DNA of 20,000 bases from an uncultured virus (IMG/VR IMGVR_UViG_3300042560_002469) (Duplodnaviria; Heunggongvirae; Uroviricota; Caudoviricetes), in IMG/VR virus record IMGVR_UViG_3300042560_002469; one strand, written 5' to 3'. The number at the start of each line of letters is the position of its first letter. The stretch's first letter is position 1. The position numbers and the translations under genes were made by a program. The notes beneath the pieces were generated by a model, which was given only the letters and a program-made list of their open reading frames with translations, searched no databases and had not been told where the DNA came from. Positions 7,389 to 16,073 of the stretch are shown here, piece after piece.

Positions 7389-7967
7389 ATGCTCTATCAT
7401 CCCACCGAGCTGGTTAAGAGCCAAGACGTTATTGTGCGCGTTGGCTCGATTATCACTGCTTCTGGTCGCCCTGTCATCACTCAGAGTGGTGCAACCTTCA
7501 CTGTTAGTGGCGCTCCCACCCTGTACACCCTGCAAGCGGCCACAACTGCTTCCGTTGCCTTTAACGATGGCAACACCGAATTCTACCTGCTGGGCGGCGG
7601 CGGCTTCTCTGACAGCGTGATTGTCACCTCTCAGGCCACTGCCTCCATCACTTCTTACTTCCAGAAGGATGTTGATGGTACCACTTTCGTGCCCGATAGC
7701 TTTGACGAGGCCTTCCAGGTGATCGCCACTGGTCGTTACGACAAGACTGCGGAAGTGTATGTCGAAATCAACAAGCAGCTTGGCTCCAGCGGTACCACTT
7801 ACTACTACGATCGCGTGGCTTATGTTGGCCGCGTGATGAACTATAACGAAAGCTATCCTGCTGACAATCTTGTGGAAGTCACTTTCGACCTGATTAGCCG
7901 TGGTCGCATTGGCATTCATCAAGCCGCAACCAGCTCCGGCAGCATCATTCCTACGGCTCCCAACTGA
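7389..7967 (+). CDS. Major tail (tube) protein
   Basis: 192 aa, Thr/Ser/Gly-rich, with a C-terminal 'NYNESYPADNLVEVTFDLISRG' typical of tail tube proteins. GAGGA RBS, biased codons, followed by a terminator. Confidence 0.8.
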   Translation: MLYHPTELVKSQDVIVRVGSIITASGRPVITQSGATFTVSGAPTLYTLQAATTASVAFNDGNTEFYLLGGGGFSDSVIVTSQATASITSYFQKDVDGTTFVPDSFDEAFQVIATGRYDKTAEVYVEINKQLGSSGTTYYYDRVAYVGRVMNYNESYPADNLVEVTFDLISRGRIGIHQAATSSGSIIPTAPN

Positions 7968-7989
7968 TCTTTTGGGCTGTTTTCTTGCT

Positions 7990-8016
7990 AGCCTCTCCTT
8001 ACGGAGGGGCTTTTTT
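7990..8016 (+). terminator. Rho-independent terminator after the major tail gene
   Basis: Stem AGCCTCTCC-TTAC-GGAGGGGCT followed by a T run (8011-8016). Confidence 0.85.
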
Positions 8017-8427
8017 ATGAACATTCTTCAGCTTAGGGAAGTTGTAGTGGAACTTCTTGGAGCGGCCCCGAATTTGATTGGTACTTACATCCTGCCAAAT
8101 AACAGCACCATTCCTGCAGTGTATGTTGTTGGACAGAAAAGCGTTCCAAGTGAATGGAAGGTGACTGGGCTAGAGGTGACAATGCGACAGTATCCAGAAT
8201 TGTTACCGGCCTCTCCGTTAAGTGGCACTGTCAAGGTTTCGCAAATATGGGAAGTGGTATTGGTTCAATACAATCCAGATGGCAAGCAAATTGCAGAGGC
8301 GATGGAAAGAATGGTCAGGCGGTTTCCAGATTCTACGCCTCGCTATTTCCCTGGTGATGATGTAGCTTACGAGCGTTGTCGCTTTTCAATACCAGACCTT
8401 GTCCTCCATCGCCTTTATCCAGCATGA
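8017..8427 (+). CDS. Putative tail terminator/completion protein (136 aa)
   Basis: ATG at 8017, immediately after the terminator, is preferred over the 7900 start in the track. Sequence MNILQLREVV...PAVYV...WEVVLVQY; assigned by size and synteny. Confidence 0.6.
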   Translation: MNILQLREVVVELLGAAPNLIGTYILPNNSTIPAVYVVGQKSVPSEWKVTGLEVTMRQYPELLPASPLSGTVKVSQIWEVVLVQYNPDGKQIAEAMERMVRRFPDSTPRYFPGDDVAYERCRFSIPDLVLHRLYPA

Positions 8428-8894
8428 GTGCAGTTATTGTTGGAGCAACATTGTCTAGCACCAAAAGACTTGAGGCTCAGTTGACTCAGGCTTTTGCCAA
8501 CTGGGCACGAGAAGATGTTAACGAGTATTTTCGAGAGCAGTTTACAGAGCCAATTTGGCTATACAGCAGAGAGACCACTAGGCGCAATCCTGGCGCTCCA
8601 ATTAAAGAAGCAGGATCTCCTCGAGACATTTACGACTACGGCGAGCTGTACGAAAGTGGCAGAAACAGTTTTTCCATCTCACAAGGCGGTGTCAATATTT
8701 CTGCTTCTTGGCACTGGGATGCTAAAAACAGCTCTGGTCGTCCATACGCTTATTACGTTCACGAGGGAGAGGGTACGAACTACGGAAATCCTCGTCCCTG
8801 GACAGACGTTTTTATTGTGGGAAGCAAGTTTCAAGCCAGTCCTTTGCGGGCGGAGCTCATTTCTCGCATTAGAAGCGCATCAATGAGCCGATGA
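8424..8894 (+). CDS. Putative tail completion/neck protein, HK97 gp10-like (156 aa)
   Basis: ATGA overlap at 8424. Motifs SPRDIYD.GELY.S, PYAYYVHEG and RPWT. Confidence 0.65.
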   Translation: MSAVIVGATLSSTKRLEAQLTQAFANWAREDVNEYFREQFTEPIWLYSRETTRRNPGAPIKEAGSPRDIYDYGELYESGRNSFSISQGGVNISASWHWDAKNSSGRPYAYYVHEGEGTNYGNPRPWTDVFIVGSKFQASPLRAELISRIRSASMSR

Positions 8895-9148
8895 AGATTG
8901 ATTATTTGCATAGCGCCGACAATTTGGTTCACGCCATCAATATCAGCATTGATGGTGCCGCAATGGAAGTGGGCATCCTTTGTCTTATTTCCCATAGACA
9001 GGCGACCATTAGAATTGCGAACGACTACCACTCGTTCCTCGTTGAAATACCTCCTCAGTTTCGCTCTAGTTTTGAGCGAGTGAAAGTGTTCAACGCTCTT
9101 CTCAACATTCTCGATCATGAGCAAATACAGTTTTCTGCTGGAGACTAA
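8891..9148 (+). CDS. Hypothetical protein (85 aa)
   Basis: ATGA-coupled ORF filling the gap between tail genes; overlaps the next gene by 32 bp. Confidence 0.55.
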   Translation: MKIDYLHSADNLVHAINISIDGAAMEVGILCLISHRQATIRIANDYHSFLVEIPPQFRSSFERVKVFNALLNILDHEQIQFSAGD

Positions 9149-9665
9149 GGAAGAAGGTTTTTGCGAGCTTCTGCCTGGCTTGCGCCTGAAAAAGTTTGGG
9201 GGATGGCTTGTTGCTGAGGCCATTGAGCAAGAGGAGATCGGCAAGCTTCAAAGCCAGGCGACGATCAAAGCTGTTCAATTGGCAAAAAGAATTGCCACTT
9301 CAAAGGGCATCAACTTGGACGAAGCTTTTGCCCTGCTCCAAGGCGGAGGTGGCACAATCAGCGAGGCAGAGCTTCTCTCCGAATTTACGGAAGAAACCCT
9401 GAGCATGCTGACAAGTGGCTCTTCTGTCGAAGCTACCAACGCGCGAATGGTCACTGCCTTTATTCGCTCTCGCGGACAAGGGTTGATCGATGGGGAATGG
9501 CGTGATATTGGAGATTGGAGCACAGAGGACACCAACGCGCTTCCACGTCGCATTATTGCCAAGGTGGTTGAATTTATCAGCTCTGAGCAGGAATCAGAAA
9601 TGAAGGAGGCCGGAGAAGCAAAAAAAGCGTCGAAGAGGAATTCCCCTCCATCGCAGAACAGTTAG
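9117..9665 (+). CDS. Tail assembly chaperone (lambda gpG analogue)
   Basis: 182-aa acidic ORF two genes upstream of the tape measure, with an in-frame slippery A_AAA_AAA near its 3' end. Confidence 0.75.
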   Translation: MSKYSFLLETKEEGFCELLPGLRLKKFGGWLVAEAIEQEEIGKLQSQATIKAVQLAKRIATSKGINLDEAFALLQGGGGTISEAELLSEFTEETLSMLTSGSSVEATNARMVTAFIRSRGQGLIDGEWRDIGDWSTEDTNALPRRIIAKVVEFISSEQESEMKEAGEAKKASKRNSPPSQNS

Positions 9666-10093
9666 AAGCCCAGGCCAGAAAGTTTCTGGCCTCAATGACA
9701 AATTGGAATGAGCTGTATTTTCGGCTTGTGTCTTCGGACTTTAGGGATGATCGCTGGAGCTCGCAAAATTTTGGCAGACAAAGACTAAAAGATGTTCAGG
9801 CTGCATTGAAATATCTGGAGAAGCACGACATAGCGAAGTACAACATTCAAAGCATTGCGACGGCAAAGTTTGGCGCAATGGCGTCCACCATGATGGGCGG
9901 CAAGAAGGGTTCGATTAAGGCCGACTACTTTTTACCGTTCGACGTTAAGAAGATTCAAAAAGAGGAGAGCGTCACTGGTGAAAGCATGGCCGTACTACAA
10001 CGATTGATGAAGCAGAGACGAATGGATGGAAGGGTGATTGCGCTGCTTGCTGACGAGCTCAAGACATTCAGCAGCCGTAACCAGGACCAATGA
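9626..10093 (+). CDS. Tail assembly chaperone frameshift extension (gpT analogue; G-T fusion ~325 aa)
   Basis: The -1 frame from the slippery site is open (SVEEEFPSIAEQLEAQARKFLAS) and continues into the 9695-10093 ORF, directly before the tape measure gene. Confidence 0.75.
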   Translation, partial: SVEEEFPSIAEQLEAQARKFLASMTNWNELYFRLVSSDFRDDRWSSQNFGRQRLKDVQAALKYLEKHDIAKYNIQSIATAKFGAMASTMMGGKKGSIKADYFLPFDVKKIQKEESVTGESMAVLQRLMKQRRMDGRVIALLADELKTFSSRNQDQ

Positions 10094-10123
10094 TTATAGA
10101 ATTGACAAGGTAGGGATTTGAGA

Positions 10124-13100
10124 ATGGCAGTTCAAGACGCCGATCTGAAACTTAGGGTAAGTCTTGACCTGGCATTTTTTCGCCAGCAGCTTTCTGGGCT
10201 TGGACAAGCGGCGGCTGGGTATAACTTGCCGATCAACGTTCGCTTTGATCGACGAGCAATTCAAAACGAGCTGAATGCGTTAGGCGCAAATATTCGACGC
10301 AGAAGGTACGACCTTGAGGTTAATACAAATTTAAGCGCAGAAATTCTTAAGGCGCAAAAGCTTGCTGAAGCGCTGCGCAATTTACCTTCGGGCGGAGGAA
10401 CTGGCGGAACTTCGGGAGTCGTTCAAAAAGGCTTCACTCAAGAGGCTCTCAAGCAGTTAAAGCCAGATCAAATTAAGCGACTTTACAGAGCCGCTGCAGA
10501 CGCCGGTTTCTTGGCATTTCAAGAAGGAATCGCAAATAATAAACAAAAGATTGCGAAAGACCTGAGCCAGGTAGGGCAAGATTCGATTGCTGGCTTGCTC
10601 AATGGTTTGCAAAGTGGAGACGAAAAGATTAGGGCCGCTGCAGCAGATCTAGGCATTGGCTTGATCAGAGCCATCAAAGATACGCTTGGCATTGCAAGCC
10701 CCTCTAAAGAGACAGGAAAGCTTGGCAAATTTGCGGCCGAAGGCTTTGAAAAGGGCTTTATTACCAGCATGGTCAAGGCTGAGCGGCAAATGGCCCAAGC
10801 CATTCGTTCGGCCGTCATTGGCGCCCTCAGGGAAGGATTAAGCAATCTGCCTGGACTGGGTGGTGCCCTGGTTGGATTCGAGCGCCAGCTAGCTACCAGC
10901 GTGCAACTTGCTGTACGCAAGGCGATGCGGGAAGGAATTTCTGCCTCCATTGTCCCAGGACTAAAAGGCGGAGCCGTCGGAGCATTGGGAGGAGCTGCCA
11001 CTGGTGCGGCGATGGGCGGGGCAAAGGCCCTAGGTGGCGCGGCTACCGGGGGGCTTGCGAAATTAGGTGCTGGCGGAATATTTGGACTGGCAGGTCAAAT
11101 GGGAAGGCTTGCCATTGGAGACACCAGTGGGCTGACGGCCTTTATCCAAGAAACGGTTGCTCATATTGTCCACACCGCCATGAGCAGTGGCGGGCAAGGG
11201 GCTCTTATTGGAGCTGCTGCAGTTGGTGGCGTTGCGGGAGCTGCGGGCTTCGCAAGAGGAGCCACTGGATCCCTGGTTCTTCAGGCGGCCACCGCCATTC
11301 GAAACAGAATTTTAGCCGCATTGCTTGCCGTGTCTAGCGGCTCGATGAACAATGTGGTTCAAGTGATGGTGAGGGATATAACTACATCGCTCTTCCGTGG
11401 AATTCAGCGTCAGTTAAAGGCAGCTACGGCATCTCTCCCTCCCATTGATTGGCCTGCAATGCGCCCATCTAGGGGCGGGGTGTCGACGGCCGGAACAATG
11501 GCATTGCCTGCTGGGCGTCAATTTGCGGGACTTCCTGGCTCTGCTTTTGCCTCGCAGAAAAGGCTCGTTGGCGACATCCTGAATGCTGGCCTTAAAGAAG
11601 CTTTGCGCGGCGCTGCAAATGCTTTTGTTGATGCTGTTCGTGACGGACTGAACAGTGCTGTTCGCGCTGTCAATGTTCGCGATCTTGGTACGGCGGGCAG
11701 GCCAATGCTTGGCGGCACTCGAGTGGCAGGTTTCTTGCCCCAAGGTGTTGGTCGCGCACCAGCAGGCTATTCATCTGGGCGACTTGGACGCGACGGGGAG
11801 AGTCGAGCTGAGATGTTCGCTCGTCGCGAGCGTGAAGCACGCGTCAGGTCTGCGTTGAGAGGCGTCGACATTATGGGAGGCGGTGGAGGACGCGGCGCAG
11901 CTCCCTATAGCTACGCATATCGCTCAGCGCGTCCCCAGAGCGCAATTGTGCCCTATGCCGCTCCAGGGGCAATTGTCCCCACCCCGTCGAGAGTTGGTGG
12001 AGGAGGGGCTATCCCTCCTGGTGGCGGCGGAGGCAGAGGAGGCGGCGCCGGCGGCGGAGATTTCTTTGGTGCAATTGGCAAGGTTTCACTGCCTGGCGCT
12101 GGTTTAATCAACGAACTTGGTAGCGAGTTTGCATTTGCCACCAAACAAGTGCTGCTGTTTGGCCAGGCCTATAAATTGCTTGCATTCTTGCAGGATTTCC
12201 CGGGACAAGTTGGCAATGCCGTAGGTCAGCTACAAAGTTTCAGGAACACCCTGAATAACATTTCTCCATCGGCCAAGGAAGCAGCCCTCTCAAACCAGTT
12301 CATTCTGGACATCGTTGATCGTTATAACGTTCCTCTCCAGTCCGCACGCGATGGCTTTACGAAGCTTTACGCTTCCATGGCCCCTGCTGGATTCAATGGG
12401 GAGCAAATTCGTGGCCTCTTCACTGGAATCAGCCAGGCGGCAGCAACATTTGGGATGAGTGCCGACAAAGTTGATCGAGTCAATTACGCGTTCGCTCAAA
12501 TGGCCAGCAAGGGCCAGGTGATGAGCGAAGAATTGAAAGGGCAGTTGGGCGATGTTCTTCCTGGCGCGATGGCCATTTTTGCCGAAGCAGCAGGCTTTAA
12601 GGGGCCAGATGCAATTCAAAAATTCTCGGCTGCCCTAGAAGATGGGGTATATAAGGGCAAGGCTATGAACGTGCTCTTGAACAACGTAGGCGTTGTCATG
12701 AGCAAAGAATTTGGCCCCGGCGCCGAGGGCGCTGCGCGAACCTTCCAGGGTGCAATCAATCGCATGCAAAATTCGCTCAGGCTTCTTTATGAAAGCTTTG
12801 AACCAGTAGCGATTGGCTTCTTGAACAGTGTCGTCGTACCACTTACAAGTGGCATCAAGACAATCACTGATGGTTTCAATGCTTTCTTTACTGGCACTCA
12901 GGCAAAAACCGCAGGAGGCATGGCCTTTGCAAAAGAACTTGAAAACCTTAAGCCGTCACTGGAAGGCATTGGTAACAATCTGAAAGAATTAGTCCCTTCC
13001 TTTCAAATGTTTGGCAGTGTTTTATTGAATGCCGCAAAAGTCTTGACTGCAATTGCAGGCAATCCAATCACTGGATTTTTATTAAAAATTTACGCCAATG

Positions 13101-15205
13101 TTTTGTTGTTAAATACTGCGTTTACCTTGCTAGGTGGGCGCGTTCTTGTTGGGTTAATTGCGTCAATTAGCACTGCAACCGCAAGATTTATCGCTCTTAA
13201 TGTCTCTGTCGCCTCTTTGCAGCGAACTAGCGCCGTCGCTAACTCCACGCTGGCCGGAACTCAGTTGCAAATGGCACTTCTAACTCGCAGCGCGACCACT
13301 GCTGTTGGTCCTTTGACTGCGGTTCGGGCTGCACTGGCTGGCATCGCAGCCTTTGGAGTGATTAGTGTCGCTGTAGCAATAAGTATTAGTGGACTACAGG
13401 AGACACTTGCCGCTAATGCAGAGTTGCAAAAACTTCGTGGACGCGCTGCTTCTGGGGGTGCCACGGCAATGCTGCAAGGCGCAACAAAAGAAGAGGTTGC
13501 GAGACAGCAAGGAGTTGCAAGAAAAGTCTTGTCCAACGAGAAGCAAAAATTGCAACAGTTAAATAAGCCTTCGGCTCGACTGATGCAACAACTTAACGTT
13601 GGTGGGGTCTTGAGGCCCTTTGGCGTTGAAAGCGTTGTAGGCGCAGAAGAGAAGCGTCGCTTAGCAGCGGCAAGAATGGCTTCTGCTCGGGACGTTCTTT
13701 CTGTCAGTCAATCTGGACGCCGATCTGAGGTGCCAGTTGTACCCAGTGCAGCGCTGATGCCAGTTGATTTACAGGGTGGCGATGAAAAGAAAAAAAAGAA
13801 AGGAGCGGACAAGGCCGCGAGGGAAGCCGAGCGACTCAGAGAGCAAATTGCAAAACAAGCCCAAGCCGCTTCCGATGCTTTATTCGCGGAACAGCAGCGA
13901 CTCTTGGTTCTTCAGCAAACCAATCCAATAGCCAAAGCATTCGCTGAGTATTCCAGTAAGGAAGTAGCAATTCAGCGTGAGTTGAACAAAGCACTGCAAG
14001 AGGCAAAAGGCGCGAAAGAGAAAGAGGATATCAAAGAAGCATCGCGTCTTCAAAGCATCACCAATTCTTTGGAGCTTGAACAGGCAATTAAAGATGTAAG
14101 GGAAGAGGCTCTTAAGCCTGTTGAGGATTTATTAAAGAGTCAGAGAGAGCAATTGCAATACGAGCAAGATGTTGAAAAACTCATGGCAGAGGGCATGCTG
14201 CCAGAAAGGGCCAAGCAGGTGGCCGAAGTACGCAAACTTGTGCGAGCACAACTAGAGAGCCTGGATCTTTCCATTGCCAATGCGAAGGCTGCCATTGCAG
14301 ATGCTGAAGCCAGAAAAGTTTCTGCCGATCAAGTCGATCGACTTAGAAAAGCGCTGGCAGACCTTGAAGCTGCACGAGGAGGAATCACGGCAAAAGGAGC
14401 GACTGCTGAAGCTGGCGTTCCTATTGACAAGGAAAAGAAAAAAAGTCCGATGGAATTTATTAAAGAAGCATCTGTTGGCGCACAGGAAGAATTGGCAAAG
14501 TTATCCAATTGGGGCTATCAAGTGGCAGAAGGGGCCAAAGCCATTGGCTCCGCCTTTGGCCAAGCATTCAAGGATATTGCCAGTGGCTCCAAAACTACGC
14601 AAGAGGCACTGGCTTCCATGTTCCAGAGTATTGCCGATCATTTCTTTGACATGGCAGCGCAAATCATTTCGCAAATGCTGATCATGTACACACTCAAGTT
14701 GGTCCTTGGACTTTTTGGTGGCGGCGTTAGTGGTGGTTTCTCAAGTAATGCTGCAGGATTTGGAGGTTCGTTTGACGCAGGAATTCCAGGGCTGTCGGGC
14801 GCTCCTAATTACAGCGGGGCTTTCAAATTTGCCGAGGGAGGATTTGTAATGGGTCCAACTCAGGCCCTTATTGGCGAGGGTGGTGAATCGGAATATGTCA
14901 TTCCCGCTAGCAAGATGCGTTCGGCCATGAATCGCTATGCTTCAGGCGCTCGTGGCTCTGCAGTGATCCCTGGCAATGGAGAGAGTGATGGAGGGCCGAC
15001 AAGCGGCCTGGCAGCAATGAATGCCTCTTCCATCGACGTGCGCTACACCGTGGAACGCATCAACTCCGTTGATTACGTCACCGCCGACCAGTTCCGCGCT
15101 GGCATGGCACAAGCCGCACAACAAGGTGCCACGCAAGGCGAACAGCGCACCCTGCGCCGTCTGCAGCAGTCCCGCGCCACCCGTAGCCGCCTCGGCATGA
15201 ACTGA
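10124..15205 (+). CDS. Tail tape measure protein (~1693 aa)
   Basis: Very long Ala/Gly-rich ORF. It contains a tape-measure domain (FTKLYAS...AFAQMASKGQVMSEELKGQLGDVLPGA), an LGIASPS motif, a coiled coil and a lambda-H-like C-terminal FAEGG...LIGEGGESEYVIP. Confidence 0.93.
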   Translation: MAVQDADLKLRVSLDLAFFRQQLSGLGQAAAGYNLPINVRFDRRAIQNELNALGANIRRRRYDLEVNTNLSAEILKAQKLAEALRNLPSGGGTGGTSGVVQKGFTQEALKQLKPDQIKRLYRAAADAGFLAFQEGIANNKQKIAKDLSQVGQDSIAGLLNGLQSGDEKIRAAAADLGIGLIRAIKDTLGIASPSKETGKLGKFAAEGFEKGFITSMVKAERQMAQAIRSAVIGALREGLSNLPGLGGALVGFERQLATSVQLAVRKAMREGISASIVPGLKGGAVGALGGAATGAAMGGAKALGGAATGGLAKLGAGGIFGLAGQMGRLAIGDTSGLTAFIQETVAHIVHTAMSSGGQGALIGAAAVGGVAGAAGFARGATGSLVLQAATAIRNRILAALLAVSSGSMNNVVQVMVRDITTSLFRGIQRQLKAATASLPPIDWPAMRPSRGGVSTAGTMALPAGRQFAGLPGSAFASQKRLVGDILNAGLKEALRGAANAFVDAVRDGLNSAVRAVNVRDLGTAGRPMLGGTRVAGFLPQGVGRAPAGYSSGRLGRDGESRAEMFARREREARVRSALRGVDIMGGGGGRGAAPYSYAYRSARPQSAIVPYAAPGAIVPTPSRVGGGGAIPPGGGGGRGGGAGGGDFFGAIGKVSLPGAGLINELGSEFAFATKQVLLFGQAYKLLAFLQDFPGQVGNAVGQLQSFRNTLNNISPSAKEAALSNQFILDIVDRYNVPLQSARDGFTKLYASMAPAGFNGEQIRGLFTGISQAAATFGMSADKVDRVNYAFAQMASKGQVMSEELKGQLGDVLPGAMAIFAEAAGFKGPDAIQKFSAALEDGVYKGKAMNVLLNNVGVVMSKEFGPGAEGAARTFQGAINRMQNSLRLLYESFEPVAIGFLNSVVVPLTSGIKTITDGFNAFFTGTQAKTAGGMAFAKELENLKPSLEGIGNNLKELVPSFQMFGSVLLNAAKVLTAIAGNPITGFLLKIYANVLLLNTAFTLLGGRVLVGLIASISTATARFIALNVSVASLQRTSAVANSTLAGTQLQMALLTRSATTAVGPLTAVRAALAGIAAFGVISVAVAISISGLQETLAANAELQKLRGRAASGGATAMLQGATKEEVARQQGVARKVLSNEKQKLQQLNKPSARLMQQLNVGGVLRPFGVESVVGAEEKRRLAAARMASARDVLSVSQSGRRSEVPVVPSAALMPVDLQGGDEKKKKKGADKAAREAERLREQIAKQAQAASDALFAEQQRLLVLQQTNPIAKAFAEYSSKEVAIQRELNKALQEAKGAKEKEDIKEASRLQSITNSLELEQAIKDVREEALKPVEDLLKSQREQLQYEQDVEKLMAEGMLPERAKQVAEVRKLVRAQLESLDLSIANAKAAIADAEARKVSADQVDRLRKALADLEAARGGITAKGATAEAGVPIDKEKKKSPMEFIKEASVGAQEELAKLSNWGYQVAEGAKAIGSAFGQAFKDIASGSKTTQEALASMFQSIADHFFDMAAQIISQMLIMYTLKLVLGLFGGGVSGGFSSNAAGFGGSFDAGIPGLSGAPNYSGAFKFAEGGFVMGPTQALIGEGGESEYVIPASKMRSAMNRYASGARGSAVIPGNGESDGGPTSGLAAMNASSIDVRYTVERINSVDYVTADQFRAGMAQAAQQGATQGEQRTLRRLQQSRATRSRLGMN

Positions 15206-15693
15206 TGGACACCAGCTTCAAGACTGAAATAGCCCTAGGTCACATGCTGACGGCCAAGCCCCGCACGGCTGGCGCCGCCCCGCTTTACTTCCAGAACTTC
15301 TGGATTAACGAAAACGTCGCCTACAACGGCAACACCCACGGCTTCCTGCCTTTCGGCTTCTCTGGCGTCACTGTCAACCGCAGCGGCGACAACCAGTCCA
15401 CGCAACTGGCGCTACCTAACAACTCCCTCAGCCGTAGCTGGGCCTCAACGCTGGTCGATGGTAGCTGGGTGGTGATGGTGGACATGCTGATGCTCAACCC
15501 CGACAATAAGGCCGACTACCGCGTGCTCAGCTCCTACGCAGGTCAAGTGGCCGGCGCCATCTGGAGCGACGCCGAACTCCGCTTGGAGATCTCCTCTGTC
15601 ATCGACGCCGTTGGTGGTGACGTGCCGAGACGCCGCATCACTGAAGACGTGTTTGGCCCGCTGCCCACCACTGCACAGGTCCGCCTGAGCTGA
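15205..15693 (+). CDS. Minor tail / tail-tip hub protein (gpL-like)
   Basis: TGATG coupling to the tape measure gene. Motifs FQNF...Y.G..H.FLPF.FSG...L.ISSVIDAVG..VPRRRIT resemble gpL/DUF1833-like N-terminal domains. Confidence 0.65.
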   Translation: MDTSFKTEIALGHMLTAKPRTAGAAPLYFQNFWINENVAYNGNTHGFLPFGFSGVTVNRSGDNQSTQLALPNNSLSRSWASTLVDGSWVVMVDMLMLNPDNKADYRVLSSYAGQVAGAIWSDAELRLEISSVIDAVGGDVPRRRITEDVFGPLPTTAQVRLS

Positions 15694-16073
15694 TGTACGA
15701 CCTGATCGGTCGCCCGTACCGCCTCGGCGCAGACGGCACCGACCCTGATGGCGCCATTGACTGCATCCACCTCGTCTACACAGCCCTCGATCGCCTCAGC
15801 ATCACCACTCCCGCCTTCGACCCCTGCTGGTACGACGCCCCACCTCGTCAAATCCTCAAGGCTATCCACGGCTGGGGACGCCGCGTGCTAGATCCTTTGT
15901 ATGATGGAGACGTGGTTCTCCTACCACACAAGAATTACGCTTTCGGGACAGTTTGGCAGGACGGCATCCTCTACATAACAGCCAGTCTGCAAGCGGCCAC
16001 TTGGCACCCGCTTACGGCGTTTCCTGCACTCCGCTGCTACCGCAGCAACTGCTCCCTTACGAGCGCCAATTAG
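15693..16073 (+). CDS. NlpC/P60-fold tail assembly protein (gpK-like)
   Basis: LIGRPYRLGADG....IDCIHLV and GDVVLL motifs; located between the L-like and J-like genes. Confidence 0.75.
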   Translation: MYDLIGRPYRLGADGTDPDGAIDCIHLVYTALDRLSITTPAFDPCWYDAPPRQILKAIHGWGRRVLDPLYDGDVVLLPHKNYAFGTVWQDGILYITASLQAATWHPLTAFPALRCYRSNCSLTSAN

